64,000 bases of DNA from NCBI GenBank assembly GCA_965637545.1, contig OZ281501.1, forward strand, positions 7,130,001 to 7,194,000. The letters run 5' to 3'. Position 1 is the first letter of the stretch, and the number at the start of each line of letters is the position of its first letter. The translations under genes were made by a program, and so were the position numbers. This document shows positions 34,701-46,577 of this stretch, one piece after another. This DNA comes from Phallusia mammillata (Eukaryota). A model generated the notes under the pieces. That model did not search any database. It was not told the origin of the DNA and saw only the letters and a list, made by a program, of their open reading frames with translations.

Positions 34701-37700
34701 CAGCCACCGCGATTTGTTAAGACGCCGGCTAGTATGATGAAGATGGAAGAAGGGTCAGCGGTCAGACTTGAGTGCGTGATCGCTGGCGTTCCCTCTCCAC
34801 AGGTCACTTGGGCCAAAAATGGCGCCTTGCTGCAAACCAGCCATCGCTTCAAAGTTATCGAAGATACAGAAAGACGTAAGAAAATACAATTTGTTATTCT
34901 GTATTGTCGGTAGAAGGCTTTAGGCGTATCGAAGCGTCCTTATTAGTCTGTTTGTTTGTTAAATTTGGGCCAGGTCAAAGAAATTGGATTGTCCAAAAAA
35001 AGTTCAAAAAATACCCCCACTTAAATTGTCCTTATACCATAAGAAACGAATTGAACACGAACGGGCTTATGTATTTTTTGAATTCAATACGCATACAAAA
35101 AGGTTGTACAATAATCAAAAACAGGTGTTGGGGGTTATAGGAATTTTTGCACTTACTTTTATTGAGCCTTGATCTATTTATTACAGACTTATACTGCCTG
35201 ATGATCACTATGGTTTTCCCTGAAGACGTCGGCGAATATACGATCACCGCAACTAACCAGTTTGGTTTCATTAGTGGATCTGTCATGCTTGTATCTGAAG
35301 GTGAGTCATTTCCCAATTGAAAGCAAGCAAATTAGTTTTATAGTTTCAAGAAATCGATAACGTAAGCAGTAAATTTACTTGAGTGTCCGATGTATTTACA
35401 ATTTTGTTACCCGCTTTTGAGATGAGGTGATAAAGATTACTATTCATATTTGCCAAGTATTGGTTTCTATTTTTTTTGTCATTTCTCTTTAAAATGTAAA
35501 CTGTGATGTGATATAATGTCTTGCTTTGTTCCGAATGTATAACTTGTCTTGCTTGTTACAGAACATTACCAGCGCTTCCAGGAGCAGGACGCTATCGACC
35601 GACAGTCGGCCGATGAAGACCGACAATCTACCGGAACACCAACGGCACAAGCTTACTTGCCACCGCGAGGAAGAGGGACATCTGCTTCAAGGTGTCTAAT
35701 AGGAATGTGAAAAAAATATTAGAATTGCGCATCTTTTGACATAAATATCTTAAGAATAGATACTTGGTTAATAACTAATATTAAACTTTTGACACGAATT
35801 ATTTTAGAATAGTTTTAACAACTTATCCTCCTGTGTAAAGTACAAAACGGTTTCGATTTTAGCCATTCTAAATTGGCAGAATAAAGTAATTACATATTCT
35901 GAAATTCCATTTTGAAAAACTTAAAAAATAAATTAAACGGCATGAATTAACCTAACAAATTATGCAGCAAAAACTATATAAATTATCTCATACCTTTTTT
36001 ATAATACCCTTCAATGTAAAGTGTAGCTTTTTAAATCAAACTTTCAACTCAGGGGGCGTGGCGACCGCAGACGCGGTATGACGTCACCGGGCGGTAAATC
36101 CCCCGGAGATTTGCGCAAGACCAGTTCAAGTCCATCGAAACGACTTCGCGAAATTTCGACATCCCCGATTCGTGGCGCTTCCCCATCCAAGCGTCTGGAC
36201 GAGCTCGACCAACTAGACATCGAGAAATACTTCAAGTATGTAATGTGGTGTAAAATAGAAATGTCTGGAGGTATTCTTTTGTATGGTTTATATGAAGGTT
36301 TATAGCTTTGTCTTAAATGTACAATATTACGGAATTTCAAATTAAGGTGTTTTTAAGTTATGCAATTTTACACATTACTGGTATATATAGTTGGTGTAAA
36401 ATATCGGTTACAAGACATGTTATAAGACACTTCAAATTTAAGCACTTATTCAACTATTTAATTATCTACTAAAGCCATTTTGATCTAACATTCACGAAAA
36501 TGTCTATGTACCTATAAAACTTTTTAGTAATTTAAACCGGGTTGCTTGATTATTAATTTTGTTCCTGGGAACTTTTAATTTGTTAAACAAGGTCACAAAA
36601 AACATACGTGGCTTTAACAATGTAATGTATACATACATATATTTTATTTCAGGCCAAAGTTCTTGAAGAAACCAGAAAACTGCGAGTGCAACGAAGGCCA
36701 AGCGACTCGCATTGACTGCAAAGTGACTGGAAGGCCTTTCCCTGATGTGACTTTCTACAAAAACGGTAGGTCGCATGCAACACAGCGCCCAGCCATCAGG
36801 GTTTTTGTCATAAAATGGCAACATAAGGCCCAATCCTGTTATGTATTTCCAATGTCGAACCATTTACAAGTAGTACCCAAAGGCGTTCAAAATCTTTAAA
36901 CGAAAGGAAAGGCTCTATCCCTTAAACCGGTCAAATGTAGTTCGATTGCCTTTACTATACCCACAGCGTCTCCTTATGACTTTTTACCCGCCAGCCGGGT
37001 CATGGCATTTTGGTGCCCGCGTTGACTTTCGTCGACATACACCAAAACAACAACACCCCAACACACACATCAAACACAGGTGATATTTTTACACCGCCCG
37101 TACCTTGTTGGTCCTCAGAATGTCTTTTTAGGGTCATAGAACCTCAGTACACGATCGCTGGCACCGCCTTAATAGGTAGTGTCATATTTTCCGGTTCCTT
37201 TGTTTCTCGAGCTTATGATAGCGCCAGCGTGACAATGTACGATTTGCTATGCCGCTTGTACTACACACATTGCCAAGCATTGTAAGCTATTTGGGCCCCG
37301 GTACGCGTGTAAAATACCTGTCGTAGGCGTTTTTCGACACCAAACTTAGGTTTCCTGATGTGGGTTTTGTGGTAAGGCGAGGTGTTAGTTCCTGGGTGCA
37401 ATAATTAGTGGCCGTACGATATCTTCTGAAAAAATTTTTTTTTTAATGTCAAATAGGATTTACAACTACAGCTCTCACATTTCAAAAACCTTACAGCCAC
37501 CGCAAGTATAATAAAACCAGTTTAATTTTACCCTATATACCCGCACGACTTTTCTATCCGTCAGTGCAAAACATCTGACAAGTGCCAACAGCTGACAAAC
37601 GTGGTTTAAGCCAAAAGACCCTCATGGTCGGTGTTGCGATCTTATGTGCCCTTGCCGGTGCAGGGTTCCCATAACTTTTCCCTGCTTTGCGGCCTTCCTA

Positions 37701-40700
37701 GAGAAGCACGCACCCATCATAACGAGAAGTTTGCGGTTATATCAAGCATCGCGAAAGAAATGCGGCTTATGTTTCGAGCGTTTGAATCTCGGCTTTCACT
37801 TGCCGCGTGTTCTTTTGTCTCACGGTCGCATTGTTTGCGAACCTCTCGTCGAGATATGCGATTGTAGTTGCCAAGCGTCCCGAGGTCAGATCCCTCTGCC
37901 ATAAGCGCTGATGTTTTAGTTTTGATTCCACCAGTGTCAAAATAATACGAGAGTTTAGTCGTAAGAAAGGTAATAAATATATTCAGCCCGTCATATCAAG
38001 TGTACAGAGTATCAGCGTAAGAGGAACGTAATAACAGGTTGTATAGGCTGGTGGTATTGTTTGCGGGTCAGCGCTTGACAATGGCACACCGTTCTGTGCT
38101 CGTATCGTCCAGCAAAACATGACAACAACAGGCCGCATATGCTATTGTCTTTTTACGCGACCGCCAAAGAAGGCCTTACGCGCGCTCAGGCTCAATTGCC
38201 ACTTGATTGGGGATAATTTTGCGACGGATTTAAGGCCCCGAAGTGCCAACAAAACAGTTGTGAATACACCGGGCCCAAAGGGTGAAATATTATATCTGTT
38301 TGGAAGATAATTGTGGCGTTAATAGGATGTCCGTTGAAAGTGAGACGGAATCACAATCAAGTAAGTGGAAATAATTGTATTGATTATTTGGGACTAACAA
38401 CAATGTCGAATAAGACTATTCCTGCGTAAAACTGGGTCATAAAAGTTGTTAATGCTGCTTCAGTGGCAAACGACAACATGCGCACAGTTTGTAAACTTTT
38501 ATGCGGTCTACATCATGACTGTAAAACTTTACAACCTAATAATGTACGCCCCAATAAAATTTTGCCACTGTTTGTACAGCAGCATATTGTATGCACAAAT
38601 TTATCGCTTTTTGCAGTAAAATACCGCATTAGTGGCACAAATCATTTAAACTGCTATAACAAAGAATGTACATAGCATTTACTACATGTTAAGGTTTTTT
38701 TTGAACATATACGTACGTTGGCGATAGCCTTTACCAAACTTACATAATACTCGCTAAGTATCAAATTTAGAGTACATGGCTGGGCGCCGAATGTAACGTT
38801 TGTTCACAAGAAGAAGCGTAAAATGAAACACATTATGCTGCTGTCAAGGGCACAAAACCCATTAGTGTGTAATGTGTAACTAGTGGTCATTATCCCCTTA
38901 TCTTTTGCTTGTTCAAAAACGATAATCAATAAGCCCACATTATAATGCGACACAAAATCAGCGTAGTTGTCATCCAGCAGCCATAAGTCATCGTTCGTAA
39001 TCAGCAAAGCAAGAAAATAAAGCAATCCCGCTGTTAGTTGGCCCGAATTGCAACGCAATCAAACAACAATGCGCTTTATTCCTGTTGCGTCTTTTGAACT
39101 TGTTTAAAAACTCGGCGCCATTATTACACTAATAGCCAAAACGACAATGCCCCAAACCTTGCGAGTGGCCCTTCATCTTCTGTGAGGGCGCCGAGCGTTT
39201 TTGCCCGCACTCGCTATGTTTCGAGTGCCATAACTCGACATTGTTTTTCGAACAGACCCGTGAATCGTCTTTGGGAGTGCGCGTTTTGGGTGAAAGTAGT
39301 TTTACAGCTTGTTGTGCGGTAGCTTGTTACAACACATGCCAGTGCTTGTCAGTTTGAGGCTTTGGGTTCGATTGTGATTAACACAAGCGCTGATGTGTTT
39401 ACAATAACAAAGTCTTGTAAGCAACGAAGTTTAAGGGCAAAAAAGTGATACAATTAGAAAGCACAGTTCCGCTTTACACGATTTGCGGTTCTAGAGCAGT
39501 ATCTAAGACGGTACTTAACTATCGAGCACTGCGAAAGGATAGGTGTTTTAGTTTGCAAATTGCACACTGGGTGTACAATATAACTTTCTCGATACAGAAA
39601 CAGTTTTCAGGCAGTTGTAGTCAAGCCAAAAATCGGGTTCCGAATGGTTTTACAGTGTTTGTTGTTCAGCAGCGGCCCAAGCATCCTTCGGATTACCAGT
39701 GTAGTTACCAACTGCCTTGTAAACCAGGTTAATACTATGTTTGTTACCAGTCACAGCTTGTTACCCTACACACACGAGGCGCCCATAACAAGTATGATTT
39801 AAGGCCGGGCAAGTCCAGACCCAACATAGTGTTACACTGAAGGGCCTCCATGCAGGCTTCCGAGTCAGAAGGCAATAAATCCCGCGTTTGTGTACACTGA
39901 AGTAGCGATATGTCGCGGAGCCACCAGCCCGAGGTCGCGGTCGAACACCAAAAGCTGACCAGCGTCAATTTACGTCGGGGAATTCCCGAAATCGTGAGTG
40001 GTCCGCCGTCGCCAAAGCACTTACGCTCGCACGGGCCTATGAGAAGAAAGCCCGGTGCAAAATTTGGAAGCTTTATGAACGAGATACTACATGCAACTAA
40101 AAATGATAGAGATATCCCATGCTGGTCACTGGAAAGCGATTCTAAAGCTGTATTGCCGCCTATACCGTTTAAAGAAGTACATGAAGACCAAGTAACAAGC
40201 ACTGATTCCGATTCTGGGTATAGAAGATCATTTTCAAGCGATGATCGTGTACCGACAGCCCCTGAAACACCGTCAACCTTTTCGGGTCCGCTTGACCACC
40301 CGATAAAGATTGATTTGATTCAACGTGCGACAGAAAGAATCACTACAATGAATCCAACATTGATTAGAGACCGTTTAAGTCAGAACCCAGTATTGAAAAC
40401 TAGTCTTGGTATCGGAACGTGCCTAAAGACCACAGTTAGTCCTGAACCTGTTCTACCCAAACCCACACAGGCTCCTGTTCATTTAACTGGCATAAACAGC
40501 CTTGGTGACCTTCGAAACTACATGAAAGATAAGCGTTTACATAAGAACAAACTCCCTATGACAACACACAAAGAGGCCACAAATAAGCCTTTACCCAAGT
40601 CCAATGGCATTTCTCACACAACAGTTCCAAATGACAATGAATCCCAAAGCATTGCCTCTGCACCTTGGTTAAAGGCCGATGTACATATTTACGTGTGTGT

Positions 40701-43700
40701 GTACTCCAAAGGCAAGTTACTTTAAGTGTTTGTTTGTCTAACACTTGAGGGGCTTTTGAAGGCACTGAGTGCTAGTTGTACTGGGATGTATCGTAACAGC
40801 TGTATTTGATGCTGTGCTTTCCCTATACCGATGTATTGGTCATTGAATTTATATGCATTTGCAACCGCAGTGTAAAACTGTATGCCTTACCATTACCACG
40901 CCTGGCAACTTAGTTTTAAGCCTACAAACTATTTTTCCAGGTTCCCAAGTATACGAGGATTTCAGCCATCGTATTGTGGTAAAGGAAGACGGCGTTCGTT
41001 CTCTCATCATTTCACCAGCACGACCTGAAGACAGCGGAGAATACACGGTGATAGCGAAGAGCGCCGCTGGAAAGGCCATCAGCACAATGTCTCTTACCGT
41101 CATCCGTAAGCAAATCCTTTTCTGTTGTAAAGCCAACCCTAAATTTACCATTATTTCCCTGTTATGTGTCAAAACATTGGTTGATCACTCAAACTAAATT
41201 TCATGGTTTAGGGATTAATGTAGTGTTGGTCAATTCTAAAACTTACAGAAACAAACAAAATAGTATTAAATTGTTACTTTTCGTTCCCGGAGATGTAAAT
41301 TTTCTCTCAAGAACCACTTATAGTTTAGTTCTTATATTCCATTTATGACAGCCCTAAATATTGTAGCGTGTTTAATATGTTTTCACCCCAAGACAATTTA
41401 AGCTGCCTTGAAAAAAAAACACGTTTGTATTTTGGCCCAGTAATTCCAAAACATACACTTTATCCCACGGTAAACTTATTTCACTGAAGTTTACAATTAC
41501 ATAACCAAACAACTACAATTTCAACAGCACAAGAAGGTTTGGAACGACCCCGAATTCTCGAAAAACCACAGAGTGTATCGGTGAAGGAGGGTGACATGGT
41601 CCGTCTCGAGGTGTTTGCTGTTGGGCGTCCAACACCTGATATTGTATGGCTGAAAGACAATGTCCTACTGATCCCCGACAAACACCCTGACATGAGGTAA
41701 CATACACAGTGATGCCTTGTACTGTTACGACTGCCTACATTTCCACCACTTGCTTTAGGCTTAGATCCGCACCATATAGGCTATGCCAGGTTGTCATAGT
41801 TACTTAATACTTCTTAGTATGTATAGTTATAAAATTAGTATCAGTTTCAAATTTAATCTCACAAAAGTTAGATTTGTAAGAAAAATCCATCAATTTCAGT
41901 AAAAAATAAATAAAAACATTTTTTAAATTTATTCACATTGTGACGTCACAGGATCGAAGGCGTTGACGGTCACGGCCTGCTGACCATTGAGCAAGCTAGC
42001 AAAGGACTTCATGATGCCTGGTATACTGCAACTGCCGTTAACAAAACCGGCAGAGACTTGACAAGATGTAAAGTAAATGTGGAAAGACTGGACAGTGCAC
42101 CTGAACAAGAAAAACGCTTGTACATCCCTAAAGCAGCGAAGAAAAGACTGCCAGTGGAGCCTTCACCTGAACGCGTTGACCTGAGAAAGGTTTGTATAAA
42201 ACGTTGTATATCAACCGTGAGTCCCTGAAAACAATTTTGTGAGTCCACCACACGACATGCAGAAATATTTTGTAAACCATTACTGATACATTTTAAACGT
42301 TTTCATTTACTGCGAATGGATAATCTGGGGCAAAAATAAGACGCGACCTACAAAAGGTTGGGGAAAACTGTTTGAAAAACGGTTAAAACAAACTTAAGAT
42401 TTGAAGCAAACAGTGCAGTTAAGGGGTTCAAATTCTGGACTTATCATGTCATTAACAAAAAGTATCATGTCATTAACAACCAATACACCTTATGAAAATA
42501 CAAGTTTATTGGTTTGAACAGTTTGCATCAAAGTCTAAACCCTAAATACATGTAATATTATACAATAGACGACAATCCGTTTTCTGGTGCATTTGCGGAA
42601 TTAGGGTAACAAGGACTTTGTTTTTAGTTGGAAAACTTTGACGAGAGTGACTTGTACGACTCCAGCAAAATGCAGAAACCACGCATTAAGAAGAAGTTGG
42701 TCTCAGTGAAGCAAAAGATCTTGGGAGCTGCACACTTCGAATGTCATATTGTTCCAATCGGCGACCCAACGATGAAGGTACATATCTGTTTAATGTTGTC
42801 AACTAATTTTACATATTGTCGATTCTAGTGGGCAAGACAAATTTGTTTTAGACATTTTTCGACAATGTTTGTGATTTTTCTCTGTCCATACGGCACGTAC
42901 GTTATCTTTATCTCAAGTAAGATTTACTCTCGTGTATTTTCTGCACAAATACGTTTGTTTAAAAAGATCATTACCTGAAAATAATAGTGGTTTTACGCTA
43001 CGAACTTACAATTAGATAAAATCAAATCCAATTCCATACAATCATCACAGCGGTCTCTCACAATCAAGATCCTTCGTTAAAAATTCCTTACCAAAACAAA
43101 ACTGCTTATAAAACGGTTCAAAATTGCTTCCACCAATGGAGCATCAGTCAGACACTATGCTAGGGAGTCCCAAGGACAGTTAATTTGGGCGTCAAAATAA
43201 ACTTGCTGGGCCAGCTCCAGCCTGTCATGTAAAGAGTGTCACTTTGAACAATCGCAGGTGGAGTGGCTTCTAGATGGAAAACCGCTCGAGTACGCCAACC
43301 GGATTATGACAACATTTGAGTTCGGTTATGCTGCCCTCGATATCAGCGCCGTCTACCCACGAGATACGGGTAAGTTCAATATTGGATAACATGAAGTGTT
43401 TTAACTCGCGTTTATTATAAATTATGGGGTTAAATAGCCTGTTTAGTTTCCCAAAATCTATGTTAGGTCAAAATACGGTTACAAATACGGATAAAATGCG
43501 CTGTTTTGTTACTCAAAATAAAACAGAAACAGTTAAGTATTGTTTTGTAGACAGATAAGCATAATACCATCCATATATTTATTAAAAAGCATGCCTATCA
43601 CCACATAAATGTATAAATTTGCATCCGTTTTCTATATTACACAGCTGCAGTAAATAGAACATATCCATTGACAATTCTGAATGATCAAATCATTTTGAAT

Positions 43701-46029
43701 AAAAATTCCTGAGTTATAAGCAACTGTGGTGCTAAAAATTTCCATTTTCGTGCAACAGGTGTGGTGAGCTGCAGATGTACCAACTCGCACGGTCAGGTCC
43801 AAAGCTCGTGTACTCTCATCGTGAAAGAGGAAAAGGGTCTTGTCGTAGGAACCCAACTTCCTGATACTGGAAAACTTGAGAAGATAAACACTACAGAAAA
43901 ACACAGACAAGCGGTAGGATACCTACCATAAAAATCATAATTCTGTACAACCATGAAGCTTATAGCAATAAAATATTTCAACTTAAATTTACCCCCATGA
44001 GACTACTGCGTTAAAGAAACCCAGAAAAACTTAATTTAACTTCCAAATATACCAAGGGGTAAACGTGGAAAAATAGGTTTCGAAACGTCAATTTTATGAT
44101 AAAACTGCTGGAAGAGCAATATTCGTTTATACATTATGCAATAGCTTATTTATAAGTTTGGACTATTTACAATAAACAATAATTTGAACAGTTCGATTTC
44201 CAAAAATATGAAATTTTATGTGATATTTTTCAGCTTTCACTTGCTCACGATCACCCTGAAGTTGACGACACTGAAGTTAGATCGGCTCCTAAAATCGTCC
44301 TGGCTCCTGACGCACTTCGAGTCCAGGAAGGTGAACCTGCCAGGTTCCGTGCACGCGTCCTCGGTTCTCCACTACCTAAGGTCACATGGTATCTGAACGA
44401 AACTTCAATCCGACCAAGCAAACGGCAAGTCTTCAATTTCTTTGTATCAATACGAAAAAGTTCTAGACAACTAAAATATTGATATGAATCTTTGCGAAGG
44501 CAAAAATGTATGCGTGTCGTTTTTAGCGAGAAAGGCGAATATCATTTTACGGTCACATTCAATCGTTCTATATAAATGGGGAGCTAATAAAAGAATATCA
44601 AAAAAGTAAAAATAAAATCAACGACAGATATTTGTATTTTACTGTGTTAAAACGGCCATTTTTAAGTATCAAAGGCGTTTTATATCAAGATGAGAACAAA
44701 TTAATAGAAATTAAATTACAATTCCATCTTTGACTATGTATGATTAAGCAGAAAAGCAAGTACTATTATTATTTTGCAATAAAAACAGGAATGTCAAAGC
44801 TATTCAATAACAACTTTGTATTTTTCGCAGATTCCGTATCTGGTCCGATGGAATTCATTACTTCGAGATTGCCACAGTTCGCGGGTACGACCACGGTACA
44901 GTGCGGATGGAGGCTGAAAACATTGAAGGCAAAACCGAAATCACAGTAGCCATCGAGGTTTGCCAGGCTGAGGACATGCGCTCTGTTTTGCACAAGGCTC
45001 AAATACCTAAGGGCAAAACCGATGTGAAGACTTCTCTCGACACCAACACCCTAAAGCAATACCGCATCAATAGAAATGTTGAAGAACAAGTCCGAGGTAT
45101 GTGATTTCTATAGTTCGCTGCAACGTTTTTGAAACAAAACCTAAAACAAAAAATTGCAGCAAAAAGATTTTGTGAGGTATAGCTTTTCAGCCTTTTTCTC
45201 CTAACGAACTGAAGTACCATAAAGTGGCCACATTAGCTCGTACGGTCAATGCCACCAGCTGCTGCACTGATGAGACCTTACGGGTTAAAACAGTGTGTAC
45301 TGTCTGCAAAAACGTTCAAAAAACTTCTCCCGTAGTTTCAAACGATTTTTATATTGCGAGGAATTCAAAGGTATCGATTAGAATTGTGACAAAATCTTTT
45401 AAATGGATTTTCTGTTTTGTTGCAGAGGAGAAAGGCAAACAGATGATCACTCTTCGTGAGGTGGAAAAGCCAATCGCCGGAATCAAGAAATTGAATAAGG
45501 TTGAACGACACGAAGAACTGCAGTCGAAATTTTCCGAACTCTCGGAAGAAGAGCGAATGCTTAATAAGCTCGAGGCGGACAAGAAAAAGGTTCCATTAGT
45601 TCCAATAACATAGATAAAATGGCTAGAATGGACTATAGCCTCCCGCGACGTATATGTAAAGCAGTTTTATTTTATCAAACTCGTTTTTTGTTTATAATTT
45701 TCCTAACGTTATATCAATGCGTGAGTAATTATTGTGTATAGGCTAATTGGTTAAACAAATCTTGTCCATGTATTTTTTTTAATTTTCCCCGAACGTGTGT
45801 CAAATTTCTCCATTACGACAAAGTACACAATTATTTTTACTCTAAACAACGTCCACAACTCAACAACGTTTCGTAGAGTTCGAAACGCGATCGTCAGTAC
45901 GAGTCCTTCATTCGTAAAACAAAAGACGAACTTTCTCATTGGGAGAAACCACCTGAGCCCGAATCACCTAAACTTCCCTTCTTAAGGCGACCCCGAGAGT
46001 CTCTACCGGCCCCGTTTATAATAGACCAG
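28785..46029 (+). CDS. TTN: Titin, Z-disc region (Z1, Z2, SP-rich inserts, further Z-disc Ig domains, linker to I1); multi-exon
   Basis: Exons: 28785-28941, 29431-29631, 30035-30159, 30520-30682, 30813-30967, 31351-31494, 31562-31702, 32084-32578, 33467-33544, 33744-33873, 33958-34112, 34310-34410, 34484-34875, 35187-35300, 35562-35691, 36053-36235, 36653-36765, 40941-41105, 41528-41696, 41952-42189, 42628-42777, 43258-43369, 43759-43913, 44234-44424, 44831-45096, 45426-45589, 45877-46029. Titin-specific matches: PRFIQPLQSVVAVEG (Z1), GAEIRNSGDFQIRCEGDLYSLTIVEA (Z2), DAWYTATAVNKTGRDLTRCKVNVE, AHFECHIVPIGDPTMKVEWL, YESFIRKTKDELSHW. Confidence 0.95.
39910..40711 (+). CDS. Candidate alternative first coding exon of an internally initiated titin isoform (267 codons)
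   Basis: A 271-aa ORF in an otherwise ORF-poor 4.2-kb intron, with an in-frame TGA four codons upstream of the ATG. The AAG|GCAAGT donor at 40711 is phase 1, matching the acceptor at 40941. Confidence 0.6.
45261..45308 (+). ncRNA. Degenerate hammerhead copy (GAAA changed to AAAA) in a titin intron
   Basis: GCUGCA CUGAUGA GACC uuacg GGUU AAAACAG ugugua CUGUC UGCA. Confidence 0.6.
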
Positions 46030-46577
46030 GTTTTGAAACCACGCAAATCACCCTGTCCACAACATCATGTACACGGCATGTCTGATCACACTGTCAAAGC
46101 ATGGCGCACTCATTTTTTAAGGTTTTTCAAATTAGCTTTGCTGCACTACAGATATTAAGGGAACAACGTAATCTCTTTGTTATGAGAGCTTGTGTGACAT
46201 TATTGGCAAGAGGTCTTTATATTTTAGTTACTTTTTTTGTTTACTGTTTGAAATTTTTCCAAAAGTAAAAATGAATTTCAAACAATTCAGTTTCACAGTT
46301 AAGTAAATGGAAAAGCAAGAATGTTTGCTTACAATAACATAACAAAAATAAGTGATAGAATTGTGCGCAATAATAAGGTTTATTATTTAGCTAGATTTTC
46401 ATGGCCCATGTATGTGCACTTCAGTCACGTATATTTCGTGCATGTACACACAAAGAGTCAGAAATACAGCATAATAAATGAGACTCCACACCCCACTTAC
46501 CACTGCATGATCAACACATCCACTCATATGAATACCACTTATCAACTATTCACAATATTAACGTTATTCAACAACAG

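Noticed and set aside
37077-37320. Possible MITE with CAGGT...TTTACAC / GTGTAAAATACCTG ends
   Set aside because: Inverted ends are imperfect and no TSD could be identified.
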